From Acutalibacteraceae bacterium (lineage in GTDB: Bacteria; Actinomycetota; Coriobacteriia; Coriobacteriales; UMGS124), in NCBI GenBank assembly GCA_963619535.1, contig CAVEWV010000003.1, forward strand, positions 2,263-66,262: a stretch of 64,000 nt of DNA. The letters are read 5' to 3'. Both the position numbers and the translations under genes were made by a program. Positions within the stretch are counted from its first letter, which is position 1. The number at the start of each line of letters is the position of its first letter. Positions 1 to 8,657 of this stretch are shown piece after piece. The notes under the pieces were generated by a model. The model made no database searches, was not told the DNA's origin, and saw nothing but the letters and a program-made list of their open reading frames with translations.

Positions 1-186
1 GGCGCCGTTCATGCTGGAGCCGAAGTAGTCGATGACTGTCTGGCGCTGCTCGGCGGTGAGGTCGGCGCCGATGGTTGCCACGACGCGCGAGTCGGCGAAG
101 GCGGGCGTCACGACAAGCGAAGCCGCCATCACCGCGGCCGCGAGGGCGCTGGCGATGCGGCCGGGGCGGATAGAGGGAAAGTACAT
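1..186 (-). CDS. secreted protein, N-terminal part only (YpuA/DUF1002-like); gene continues past the window start
   Basis: Reverse-strand ATG at 186-184 is preceded by AAGGAGG (rc of 192-198). Translation MYFPSIRPGRIASALAAAVMAASLVVTPAFADSRVVATIGADLTAEQRQTVIDYFG is a signal peptide plus a motif resembling B. subtilis YpuA (VTLGADLSESDKQKVLD). It is absent from the ORF track because it runs off the edge. Confidence 0.6.
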   Translation of the reverse strand, partial: MYFPSIRPGRIASALAAAVMAASLVVTPAFADSRVVATIGADLTAEQRQTVIDYFGSSMNGA

Positions 187-415
187 GGTTGCCTCCTTAC
201 TCGGATGGACGCGCTGCCCCCAAGTATACCCGCCGCACGTCAAGGCGGGGTGATGGGCGGGCCCCTGAGGCCATCCCGCAACGACAGTGCGACTTGGTGC
301 GATATGTGCGCCCAGGCGCCGCCGCTCGCGTGGTTTCTTTCCGTGCGGCATGCGCGGCCGTGCCCGCGTGCGATAATCGACCATCGCAACTCATCGCACG
401 CAAAAGGAGGCACCC

Positions 416-1726
416 ATGCCGTCGTACGCCACCCAGCTCGAAGCCGCCCGCCAGGGCATCGTGACCCCGCAGATGGCCCACGTGGCCCAAGAGGAGCGCA
501 TCGACCCCGAGCACCTGCGCGAGCTGGTGGCCAAGGGTGAGGTCGCCATCCCGGCCAACGTGCATCACACCTGCCTCACGCCCTTCGGCATCGGCTTTGA
601 GCTACGCACGAAGATCAACGTCAACCTGGGCACGAGCCGCGACTGGTCCGACCTGGACATGGAGATGGAGAAGGTCTCCAAGGCCGTCGCCATGGGCGCT
701 GAGTCCATCATGGACCTGTCCACCTACGGCGACACCCGGGCCTTCCGCCGCAAGCTCACGGGCGAGTGCCCCGCCATCATCGGCACGGTGCCCATCTACG
801 ACGCGGTGGTGTACTACGGCAAGGCCCTGCGCGACATCACCGCGCGGGAGTGGCTCGACGTCGTGCGCATGCACGCCGAGGACGGCGTTGATTTCGTTAC
901 GCTGCACTGCGGCCTCACGCAGGCCATCGTGCGCCGCCTCAAGCAGAACAAGCGCGAGATGAACATCGTGTCGCGCGGCGGCTCGCTCATGTTCGCCTGG
1001 ATGGAGATGACCGGGCAGGAGAACCCCTTCTACGAGCACTTCGACGAGGTGCTCGACATCTGCCGCGCCCACGACGTCACCATCTCGCTGGGCGACTCGT
1101 GCCGCCCGGGCTGCCTTGCCGACGCCGGCGACGCCGTGCAGATCGACGAGCTCGTGAACCTGGGCGAGCTTGCGCTGCGCGCCTGGGACAAGGGCGTGCA
1201 GGTCATCATCGAGGGCCCGGGCCACGTTGCGCTCGACCAGGTGGAGGCCCAGATGAAGATGCAGCAGACCATCTGCCACAAGGCCCCCTACTACGTGCTC
1301 GGCCCCCTTGTGACCGACGTCGCCCCCGGATACGACCACATCACCGCGGCCATCGGCGGCACGCTCGCCGCGAGCAAGGGCGCGAGCTTCCTGTGCTACG
1401 TGACGCCCGCCGAGCACCTGCGCCTGCCCGACGCCGACGACGTGCGCGAGGGCATCGTCGCCTTCAAGATCGCGGCCCACGCCGCCGACATCGCCAAGGG
1501 CCTGCCCGGCGCGCGCGAGTGGGACGACAAGATGGCCCGCGCCCGCAAGGCGCTCGACTGGGAGGCCATGTTCGACCTGGCCATCGACCCCGAGAAGGCC
1601 CGCCGCTACCGCGCCCAGGCTGCCCCCGAGGTGGAGGACACCTGCTCGATGTGCGGCAACTTCTGCGCGGTGAAGAACATGAACAACATCCTCGACGGCA
1701 AGCCCGTCGACGTCATCGGCGAGTAG
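416..1726 (+). CDS. thiC: phosphomethylpyrimidine synthase ThiC
   Basis: 436-aa ORF with AAAGGAGG RBS. Family-typical sequence throughout (QLEAARQGIVTPQM, INVNLGTS, LVTDVAPGYDHITAAIGG) and a C-terminal Cys cluster CSMCGNFC. Confidence 0.95.
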   Translation: MPSYATQLEAARQGIVTPQMAHVAQEERIDPEHLRELVAKGEVAIPANVHHTCLTPFGIGFELRTKINVNLGTSRDWSDLDMEMEKVSKAVAMGAESIMDLSTYGDTRAFRRKLTGECPAIIGTVPIYDAVVYYGKALRDITAREWLDVVRMHAEDGVDFVTLHCGLTQAIVRRLKQNKREMNIVSRGGSLMFAWMEMTGQENPFYEHFDEVLDICRAHDVTISLGDSCRPGCLADAGDAVQIDELVNLGELALRAWDKGVQVIIEGPGHVALDQVEAQMKMQQTICHKAPYYVLGPLVTDVAPGYDHITAAIGGTLAASKGASFLCYVTPAEHLRLPDADDVREGIVAFKIAAHAADIAKGLPGAREWDDKMARARKALDWEAMFDLAIDPEKARRYRAQAAPEVEDTCSMCGNFCAVKNMNNILDGKPVDVIGE

Positions 1727-1851
1727 CGCCGCCGGCCTGCGCGCGGCCCGGCCTGCCCGCCGGGCCCGCAACGCCCGCTCGCGCGTCCGCCCTTCTCCGC
1801 CCGCCCCACCTGTTCGTCTGAATCTGCAACGATTTCGAAAGGCCCCACGCC

Positions 1852-3126
1852 ATGCCCAAGAACCTCGAACTCATCAAAGGCGAGAGCGACCTCAAGGCCC
1901 GCCTGCAGCCCGTCGTGATCGGCGGCGACCTGCTCGCCTACACCTGGGTGCGCTGCTTCCACGAGACGTACGGCATCGAGCCCATCGTGCTCACGGGCCT
2001 GCCCATCAAGCAGATCGAGAAGAGCCGCCTGTGCGAGAACCGCATCGTGGCCGACATGGACCAGGGCGACAACCTCATGGACGCCCTTCGCCGGGTGGGC
2101 GAGGAGCTGGCGGGGGCCGGCAAGGTGGGCCTGGTGCTGTCGTGCGCCTCGGACTGGTACGTGCGCACGCTCTCGCAGAACAAGGCCGAGCTCGAGCAGT
2201 GGTACGTGGTGCCCTACATCGACTTCGAGCTTCTCGACGTCATCACGCAGAAGGAGCGCTTCTACGCCATCTGCGAGGAGCTGGGCGTGCCCTATCCCAA
2301 GACGTGGGTGTACGACTGCTCCGACACCCAGGCGCGCATCCCGGTGGAGGACTTCTCCTACCCGCTCATCGCCAAGCCCTCCAACTCGGCGCGCTACCAC
2401 TACGCCAACATCCCCAACCAGAAGAAGATCTACACCATCGAGCGCCCCGAGGAGCTCACCCAGCTCTTCTGTGACCTGCAGGCGAGCCCCTACGACAGGG
2501 AGCTCATCGTGCAGGACCTCATCCCCGGCGCCGACGACGGCCTGCGCACCATCACGTGCTTCTCCGACGCGGCAGGCGATGTGCGCGTGTGGTCCACGGG
2601 GCGCGTGCTGCTCGAGGACCACGTGCCCACGGCCATCGGCAACCCCGTGTGCATCATGCTCGACCGCAACGACGAGATCGCCGCCCAGGCCGCCAAGTTC
2701 CTCAAGCACGTGGGGTACCGCGGCTACTCCAACTTCGACGTGAAGTACGACCCGCGCGACGGCTCCTACCGTTTCTTCGAGGTGAACACGCGCCCGGGCC
2801 GCAACACCATCTACATGCAGATCGGCGGGGCCAACATCGCCAAGCTCTTCGTGGACGAGTTCGTGCTCGGCGTGCCCACGCAGACGCGCGTGGCCTGCGA
2901 CGAGGGCCTCTTCAGCGTGGTGCCGCCCTATGTGGTGAGGCGCTCCGTGGCCGACGAGCAGGCCCGCGCCAAGGCCCTGGGGCTCTTCCGCCAGGGACGC
3001 GCCCTCAACCCCTCGTTCTACAAGGCCGACACCTTCGCGCACAACATGTGGGCGCGCGTCCAGTACTACAACCAGATCCGCAAGTTCAAGCGCTGGATGT
3101 GGGACGTGCAGAAGGCGCGCGGATAG
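1852..3126 (+). CDS. ATP-grasp family ligase (carboxylate-amine ligase type), substrate unknown
   Basis: 424 aa. N-terminal pre-ATP-grasp Rossmann-like strand (VVIGGDLLAYTWVRCF), central ATP-grasp elements (PLIAKPSNSARY, ELIVQDLIPG, YRGYSNFDVKYDPRDGSYRFFEVNTRPGR). Confidence 0.8.
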   Translation: MPKNLELIKGESDLKARLQPVVIGGDLLAYTWVRCFHETYGIEPIVLTGLPIKQIEKSRLCENRIVADMDQGDNLMDALRRVGEELAGAGKVGLVLSCASDWYVRTLSQNKAELEQWYVVPYIDFELLDVITQKERFYAICEELGVPYPKTWVYDCSDTQARIPVEDFSYPLIAKPSNSARYHYANIPNQKKIYTIERPEELTQLFCDLQASPYDRELIVQDLIPGADDGLRTITCFSDAAGDVRVWSTGRVLLEDHVPTAIGNPVCIMLDRNDEIAAQAAKFLKHVGYRGYSNFDVKYDPRDGSYRFFEVNTRPGRNTIYMQIGGANIAKLFVDEFVLGVPTQTRVACDEGLFSVVPPYVVRRSVADEQARAKALGLFRQGRALNPSFYKADTFAHNMWARVQYYNQIRKFKRWMWDVQKARG

Positions 3127-3129
3127 CGC

Positions 3130-5085
3130 ATGGAGGTCAGCGAGTCGGGCCTGAGCATCGCCGAGCAGGTGGCGCTCGTCCCCACCGAGCCTGGGTGCTA
3201 CATATGGAAGGGCGAGAGCGGCAAGGTCCTGTACGTGGGCAAGGCCAAGAACCTGCGGTCGCGCATGCGCCAGTACGTGACGCTGCAGGACGGCAGGTTC
3301 AAGATCCCCCTGCTCATGGAGCAGGTCCGCAGCTTCGAGTACATCGTGGTGGGAAGCGAGCACGAGGCGCTCGTGCTGGAGATGAACCTCATCCGCCAGT
3401 ACGACCCGCCCTTCAACGTGGACTTCCGCGACGACAAGAGCTACCCCTACATCGCCATCACCGCGGGCGACGTGTACCCAGCCATCAAGTTCACGCGCGA
3501 GAAGCACCGCCCCGACACGCGCTATTTCGGCCCCTATACCAACTCCCGCGCCGCCCGCGAGACCATCGACATGTGCCGCAAGGTGGTGCCGGTGTGCACC
3601 GCCACCTGCCCGGAATGGCGCCGGGTGAAGCGCCTGCTCGACGCACATCCCGACGACGTGGCCACCGCGCCTCTGCTCATCGCCCAGAAGGGAAGGCCGT
3701 GCTTCGACTCGAGCGTGGGGCTGGGGCCGGGCGTGTGCGCAGGTCTTGTGAGCGAGGCCGAGTACAAGCAGAGAAACGTCGCCGCCGTGGAGCGGTTCCT
3801 GTCGGGCCACCACGCCGAGTTCGAGGAGGCCCTCACCGCCGAGATGAGAGACGCCGCCGCCGAGCTGGACTTCGAGCGCGCTGCGCGTTGCCGCGACAGG
3901 CTCGCGGCGCTCAAGCACGTGGGGCAGCGCCAGCAGGTGGTGTTCCCCGGCGCCATCGACATGGACGTGGTGGGCTTCTACCGCGAGGAGACCATCGCCG
4001 GCGTGCAGGTGTTCGCCGTGCGCGAGGGCCGCACGCGGCGCAGCTGCGAGTTCGTGCTCGACAAGGGCCTCGACGTGGGCGAGGAGGAGCTGGTGGCGGG
4101 CTTCCTCAAGCGCTACTACTCCGGCGGCGCCGACGTGCCCGACGAGGTGTGCGTCCCCTGCGAGCTGGCCGACGCCGAGGTGCTCGAGGCCTGGCTGTCG
4201 GAAGGGCGCTCGCGCAAGGTGTCCATCCACGTGCCCAAGCGCGGCGAGAAGAAGAAGCTGCTCGATTTGGCGCAGACCAACGCCCGCCACACCATCATGC
4301 GCTTCATGGTGCGCACGAGCTACGCCGACCAGCGCACCAACGACGCCCTGCTGCAGCTTGAGAGCGCCCTGGCGCTGCCGGCCCCGCCCATGCGCATCGA
4401 GTGCTTCGACATCTCCACCATCCACGGCCGGTTCAACGTGGCCTCCATGGTGGTGTTCACCAACGGCAAGGCCGACAAGGACCAGTACCGCCGGTTCAAG
4501 ATCCGCCAGGACTTCGGCGAGGCCAACGACTTCGAGAGCATGCGCGAGGTGCTGGGACGTCGCTATTCGCCCGAGCGCATGGCCGACGAGCGCTTTGGGA
4601 AGCGCCCCGACCTGCTCATCGTGGACGGCGGAAAACCCCAGCTCACGGCTGCCGTGGAGCAGTTGGCCGAGCTGGGCCTCGACATCCCGGTGGCCGGCCT
4701 TGCCAAGTCCGACGAGGAGCTGTTCGTGCCCTGGGCCGACGACGGCCCCGTGGTGCTGCCCAGCGGCTCGGCATCTCTCTACCTCGTGAAGCAGGTGCGC
4801 GACGAGTCCCACCGCTTCGCCATCACGTTCCACCGCGAGCTGCGCGACAAGGCCATGACGGTGGGCATCCTCGACGAGGTGGAGGGTGTGGGCCCCAAGC
4901 GCAAGAAGGCCATCATGAAGGAGTTCGGCTCCATGAAGCGCCTGCGCGCCGCCTCGGTGGACGACATCGCAGCCGTGCCCGGCGTGCCCGCCGACGTGGC
5001 GCAGGCCATCTGGGACACCCTGCGCGCCTGGGAGCGTGCCCGCGAGCAGGTGGGGCAGGACGGCGGGGTGGAGCCGCTGGAGTAG
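3130..5085 (+). CDS. uvrC: excinuclease ABC subunit C
   Basis: 651 aa. GIY-YIG N-terminus (GCYIWKGESGKVLYVGKAKNLRSRMRQY), UVR domain (FERAARCRDRLAAL), RNase H-like endonuclease and C-terminal HhH2 (VEGVGPKRKKAIMKEFGS). Confidence 0.95.
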   Translation: MEVSESGLSIAEQVALVPTEPGCYIWKGESGKVLYVGKAKNLRSRMRQYVTLQDGRFKIPLLMEQVRSFEYIVVGSEHEALVLEMNLIRQYDPPFNVDFRDDKSYPYIAITAGDVYPAIKFTREKHRPDTRYFGPYTNSRAARETIDMCRKVVPVCTATCPEWRRVKRLLDAHPDDVATAPLLIAQKGRPCFDSSVGLGPGVCAGLVSEAEYKQRNVAAVERFLSGHHAEFEEALTAEMRDAAAELDFERAARCRDRLAALKHVGQRQQVVFPGAIDMDVVGFYREETIAGVQVFAVREGRTRRSCEFVLDKGLDVGEEELVAGFLKRYYSGGADVPDEVCVPCELADAEVLEAWLSEGRSRKVSIHVPKRGEKKKLLDLAQTNARHTIMRFMVRTSYADQRTNDALLQLESALALPAPPMRIECFDISTIHGRFNVASMVVFTNGKADKDQYRRFKIRQDFGEANDFESMREVLGRRYSPERMADERFGKRPDLLIVDGGKPQLTAAVEQLAELGLDIPVAGLAKSDEELFVPWADDGPVVLPSGSASLYLVKQVRDESHRFAITFHRELRDKAMTVGILDEVEGVGPKRKKAIMKEFGSMKRLRAASVDDIAAVPGVPADVAQAIWDTLRAWERAREQVGQDGGVEPLE

Positions 5086-5163
5086 GGGAGGCTGCGGGGC
5101 GCCGGCTCGCCGGCGCCCGCCCGTCGCGTGCATGCGAGGGACCCGCTCGCCGTGCGCGCGCAC

Positions 5164-5212
5164 AAAAAAGCGGCGCGGGCCCGGAGGTTCCCGGACCCGC
5201 GCCGCTTCTGTG
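5164..5212. terminator. bidirectional intrinsic terminator between convergent uvrC and the LRR gene
   Basis: 15-bp GC-rich stem 5170-5184 / 5190-5205 (one mismatch, loop AGGTT). It is flanked by an A6 run (5164-5169, giving a U-run on the minus strand) and TTCTGTGT on the plus strand. Confidence 0.6.
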
Positions 5213-5230
5213 TCGGGTGCGCTGTTCCCG

Positions 5231-6586
5231 CTAGCCTTCCTGCACGGTTTCCTCGCCCTGCGCGTCGCCCTCGCCCTGCCCCTCGTCTGTCGCCTGGGCG
5301 TCCTGGCTTGCCTGCTCGGCGAGCACGACGGTGCAGGTGGCGTCGGCGCTCACCGCGCCCTGCTGCGCCAGGCCCGTCACGCCCGTGGCTTGCACCGTGG
5401 CAAGCGAGGCGTTGCCGCTCACGTCGAGGTGCTCCAGGCGCGTGTTGCCGCTCACGTCGAGCGTGCCCGAAAGCTCGCAGTCGGACAGGTTCGCCGTGGT
5501 GAGGCGCGGAAGCGCCGACAGGTCCACCTGCGTGAGGGGGTTGCCCGACAGGTCGAGCGTGGCCAGGCGCGCGCAACTGCTCACGTCCACGCTGGCAAGC
5601 GCGCAGTTCGCGGCACGCAGGGTGGTGAGGCTGCGGGGCAGGCAGGTGGCGTCCAGGGCCGTGACCTGGGTGTTCGAGACGTCGAGCTCCTGCAGGTTCT
5701 CGAACCACTCCAGCCCCTCGAGGCTCGCGGTGGTGGGGTCGTTCACCACGAGCGTGTAGAGCGCCTGCCGCTCGCGGGCCGACAGCGCCCCGTCGTGGTC
5801 GGAGTCGCAACGCTCAAGCGCGGCCTGCAGGCCCGCGTCGGGGAAGAACGTGCTGGCCAGGGGCAGGGTTATCTCCTGGCCCTCGTCGGTGTTGAGGCGC
5901 TGCATCGCCGGACAGCCCGACAGGTCGAGCCTGGCCAGGGAGTTGCCCGCGGCGTCCAGGTCGGTGAGGCTCTCGCAGTCGCGCAGGTCGAGCGTCTGCA
6001 TGGCGTTGTCGTGGACGTCGAGCGTCTGCAGGTCGTGCAGGCCCGACAGGTCGAGCGACTCGATGCCGTTCTGCGACACGTCCAGCTCCACCAGGGCGGT
6101 GCAGCGGCTCACGTCGGCCGCCTTGAGGATGTTGCCGCTGACGTCGAGCTTCTCCAGGTGGGAGAAGGTCGAGATGCCCGTGAGGTCGGCGATGCCCAGG
6201 CCCGCCAGGTCGAGCTCGGTGACGTGGGAGGCCTCCTCGGGGGAGATGCGGCCGTTGCCGTCCTCGTCGCAGGCCGCGACGGCCTGGCGAAGCGCCTCGT
6301 CGGGGAACACCGCGACGTCGATGGCCACGCCGTTGGGCACCACGTAGGCGAAGTGGTAGGCGAGGGCCCCCGCGCCCAGCAAGGCCGCCACGCCCAGCGT
6401 GGCCAGGCCCGCCACCACGCGCCGCGACACGTGCCGCTCGGGCGGCTCGGGGGGCTTGGTGGTCACGTCGGGCAGGCCCCAGGAGGCGCGCACCTGCCGG
6501 GCGGCCCCGCCGAAGCAGGCGATGCGGGTGGGGTCGTCGAGGACATATGCCCCCGTCTTGTCGGATTCTTTGGACTTTCGAGCCAT
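5231..6586 (-). CDS. membrane-anchored leucine-rich-repeat surface protein with two EF-hand-like Ca-binding loops
   Basis: 451 aa. About 55-aa cytoplasmic N-terminus and one TM (VVAGLATLGVAALLGAGALAYHF). Two modules follow, each FPDxxL + DxDxDGxISxxE loop + approximately 22-aa LRRs (LDVSGNILKAADVSRCTALVELDVSQNGIESLDLSGLHDLQTLDVHDN...). Acidic C-terminal tail. Confidence 0.85.
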   Translation of the reverse strand: MARKSKESDKTGAYVLDDPTRIACFGGAARQVRASWGLPDVTTKPPEPPERHVSRRVVAGLATLGVAALLGAGALAYHFAYVVPNGVAIDVAVFPDEALRQAVAACDEDGNGRISPEEASHVTELDLAGLGIADLTGISTFSHLEKLDVSGNILKAADVSRCTALVELDVSQNGIESLDLSGLHDLQTLDVHDNAMQTLDLRDCESLTDLDAAGNSLARLDLSGCPAMQRLNTDEGQEITLPLASTFFPDAGLQAALERCDSDHDGALSARERQALYTLVVNDPTTASLEGLEWFENLQELDVSNTQVTALDATCLPRSLTTLRAANCALASVDVSSCARLATLDLSGNPLTQVDLSALPRLTTANLSDCELSGTLDVSGNTRLEHLDVSGNASLATVQATGVTGLAQQGAVSADATCTVVLAEQASQDAQATDEGQGEGDAQGEETVQEG

Positions 6587-6740
6587 GCCCTGCCGTCACT
6601 TCCCTCGCGCTATACTGAATGCGGCTCCGGGCCGCTGTCTAAAGGCCCTGATAGTCTACTACGTTAGCGTCGCAGCTGCCCGCAAGGTCGCCTCCCTTCA
6701 CAAGCGGCCTGCCTCGGCTGCCCCAGGCGAAGGGTCGGGA

Positions 6741-7619
6741 ATGTCCGTACCTCAGGTGGTCGTGATAACCGGAATGTCGGGCGCGGGGCGCACCGAGGCC
6801 CTCCATGCCCTGGAGGACGCCGGCTTCTACTGCATAGACAACCTCCCGCCCACGATGCTGCTGCCCCTCGTGGAGCAGTCGGGCCTGCGCCTGGACGCGA
6901 CCAGCCGCCTGGCCGTGGTGTGCGACCTGCGTTCCCGCGACCTGTTCGACACCCTCTGCGGCGAGCTCGACCGCCTGCGCGAGCGCGGCATCGCCTGCAG
7001 CGTGGTGTTCCTCGACGCCACCGACGACACCCTGCGCCGCCGCTACAACTCGCTGCGCCGCCGCCACCCCATGGCGGAGGGCGACTGCACGGTGGGCGAG
7101 GCCATCGAGCGCGAGCGCGAGCGCCTCTCGGTGGTGCGCGAGCGGGCCAACATGGTGGTCGACACCACCTCAATGCGCGCCCGCGACCTGCGCGCCCTGC
7201 TCGTGGACGAGTTCTCGCGCGTGCCGGCCGCCCAGGCCCTCAACGTCTCCGTCTTCTCGTTCGGCTTCAAGTACGGGGTGCCGCTCGACGCCGACATCGT
7301 CATCGACGTGCGCTTCCTGCCCAACCCCTACTACGACCCGGCCCTGGCCGAGCTCACGGGCCTGGACGCCCCCGTGCGCGACTTCGTGATGGGCCGCCCC
7401 GAGACGCAGGCGTTTCTCGCGGCGTGGTTCAACCTGCTCGACGTGGCCATGCCGGGCTATGTGTCCGAGGGCAAGAAGCACCTGGCCGTGGCGGTGGGCT
7501 GCACGGGCGGCCAGCACCGCAGCGTCGCCCTGGCGCAGGCCACGGCGGCCCACCTCAAGGAGCAGGGCTACCACGTGAGCGTCGGCCACCGCGACCTGTC
7601 GCGCCACACGAAGGCGTAG
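6741..7619 (+). CDS. rapZ: RNase adapter / nucleotide-binding protein RapZ (YvcJ family)
   Basis: An internal ATG at 6741 was chosen within track ORF 6399-7619. MSVPQVVVITGMSGAGRTEALHALEDAGFYCIDNLP (Walker A), C-terminal GCTGGQHRSV motif. Confidence 0.9.
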   Translation: MSVPQVVVITGMSGAGRTEALHALEDAGFYCIDNLPPTMLLPLVEQSGLRLDATSRLAVVCDLRSRDLFDTLCGELDRLRERGIACSVVFLDATDDTLRRRYNSLRRRHPMAEGDCTVGEAIERERERLSVVRERANMVVDTTSMRARDLRALLVDEFSRVPAAQALNVSVFSFGFKYGVPLDADIVIDVRFLPNPYYDPALAELTGLDAPVRDFVMGRPETQAFLAAWFNLLDVAMPGYVSEGKKHLAVAVGCTGGQHRSVALAQATAAHLKEQGYHVSVGHRDLSRHTKA

Positions 7620-7625
7620 GGGCAT

Positions 7626-8657
7626 ATGGCAGCGCATCCCACCCCAGGCCAGGTCAGGGCCGTCTCCATCGGCGGCGGCACCGGCCAGCCCAACGCCATC
7701 CGGGCCCTGCACAACGCCGGCTGGTTCGTGACGGCCGTGGTCGCCATGGCCGACGACGGCGGCTCCACGGGCGTCATCCGCTCCGAGATGGGCATCGTGC
7801 CGCCCGGCGACATCCGCAAGTGCCTCGTCGCCATGGCCTCCGACCCCAAGGGCCCCATGGCCCGCGCCTTCGAGCACCGCTTCTCCTTCGCCGACAACCA
7901 CGCCCTGGGCAACCTGCTGCTCGCGTCGCTGGCCGCCGAGACGGGCTCGTTCGGCGAGGCCGTGGAGCTGTGCGGCGAGATGCTGGGGTGCCACGGGCGC
8001 GTGTGTCCCTCCACCATGGAGAACGTGGTGCTGTGCGGCAGGTCGCGCGACGGCATGGAGTTCCGCGGCGAGGCCACGCTCGGGTCGGGCCCGTGCGCGC
8101 TTTCGCAGGTGTGGCTCTCGCCGCGCGACCCCCATGCCAACGGCCCCGCGGTGCGCGCCATCCTGGAGGCCGACATCGTGGTGCTCGGCCCCGGGTCGCT
8201 CTTCACCTCCGTCATCCCGAACATCCTGGTGCCGGGCATCATGGAGGCCCTGCGCGCCACCGCCGCGCCCAAGGTGTACGTGTGCTCCATGGCCGACATG
8301 CAGGGCGAGACCTGGGGCCTGGGGGCCGAGGAGTACGTGGAGGCCCTGCTGCAGCACGGCATGGAGGGGTGCCTTGACGCCGTGCTGCTCCACCGCCCCT
8401 CGCACTGCGGCAGGGGCCTGGCCACGCGCCACTTCCACGCCGTCACCCAGGAGGGGGCCGTCGCCGATTCCGCGCAGCCCGACTACCTGCGCCCCGTGCC
8501 CCTGGGGGAGGACGCCCTGGCCCGCATCGAGGCACGCGTGCCGCTCGTGGTGGTGCGCGATTTCTCCGACGAGCGCCATCCCACCTGGCACGACCTGGGC
8601 AAGCTCGAGCTGGCCTTTCGGGGGGTGCTCGACTCGTGTCGTTCACGGCGGAGGTAA
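7626..8657 (+). CDS. yvcK: gluconeogenesis factor YvcK (CofD-like, UPF0052)
   Basis: 343 aa. SIGGGTGQPNAIRAL...AVVAMADDGGSTG...PPGDIRKC motifs. Conserved position between rapZ and whiA. Confidence 0.85.
   Translation: MAAHPTPGQVRAVSIGGGTGQPNAIRALHNAGWFVTAVVAMADDGGSTGVIRSEMGIVPPGDIRKCLVAMASDPKGPMARAFEHRFSFADNHALGNLLLASLAAETGSFGEAVELCGEMLGCHGRVCPSTMENVVLCGRSRDGMEFRGEATLGSGPCALSQVWLSPRDPHANGPAVRAILEADIVVLGPGSLFTSVIPNILVPGIMEALRATAAPKVYVCSMADMQGETWGLGAEEYVEALLQHGMEGCLDAVLLHRPSHCGRGLATRHFHAVTQEGAVADSAQPDYLRPVPLGEDALARIEARVPLVVVRDFSDERHPTWHDLGKLELAFRGVLDSCRSRRR

Noticed and set aside
1606-5163. Very long ORFs in the six-frame track. Examples: 1606-5163 minus (1185 aa), 16747-18861 minus (704 aa), 31984-34032 plus (682 aa), 42879-44522 minus, 46574-48595 minus, 51070-53157 minus, 52487-54322 minus.
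   Set aside because: Each lies antisense to, or out of frame with, a gene that has unmistakable family motifs. Their translations are Arg/Ala/Gly/His/Val/Pro-rich low-information sequence with no recognisable domains or RBSs. Stop-codon-poor alternate frames are expected at this GC content.
5231-6586. Periodic DNA repeats, e.g. GTTGCCGCTCACGTCGAG at 5411 and 5444 plus recurring GACAGGTCGAGC-type units. These could be mistaken for a CRISPR-like or tandem-repeat array.
   Set aside because: The periodicity (33/66 nt) is the coding periodicity of the 11/22-residue LRR units of an intact 451-aa ORF. There are no unique spacers and no cas genes.
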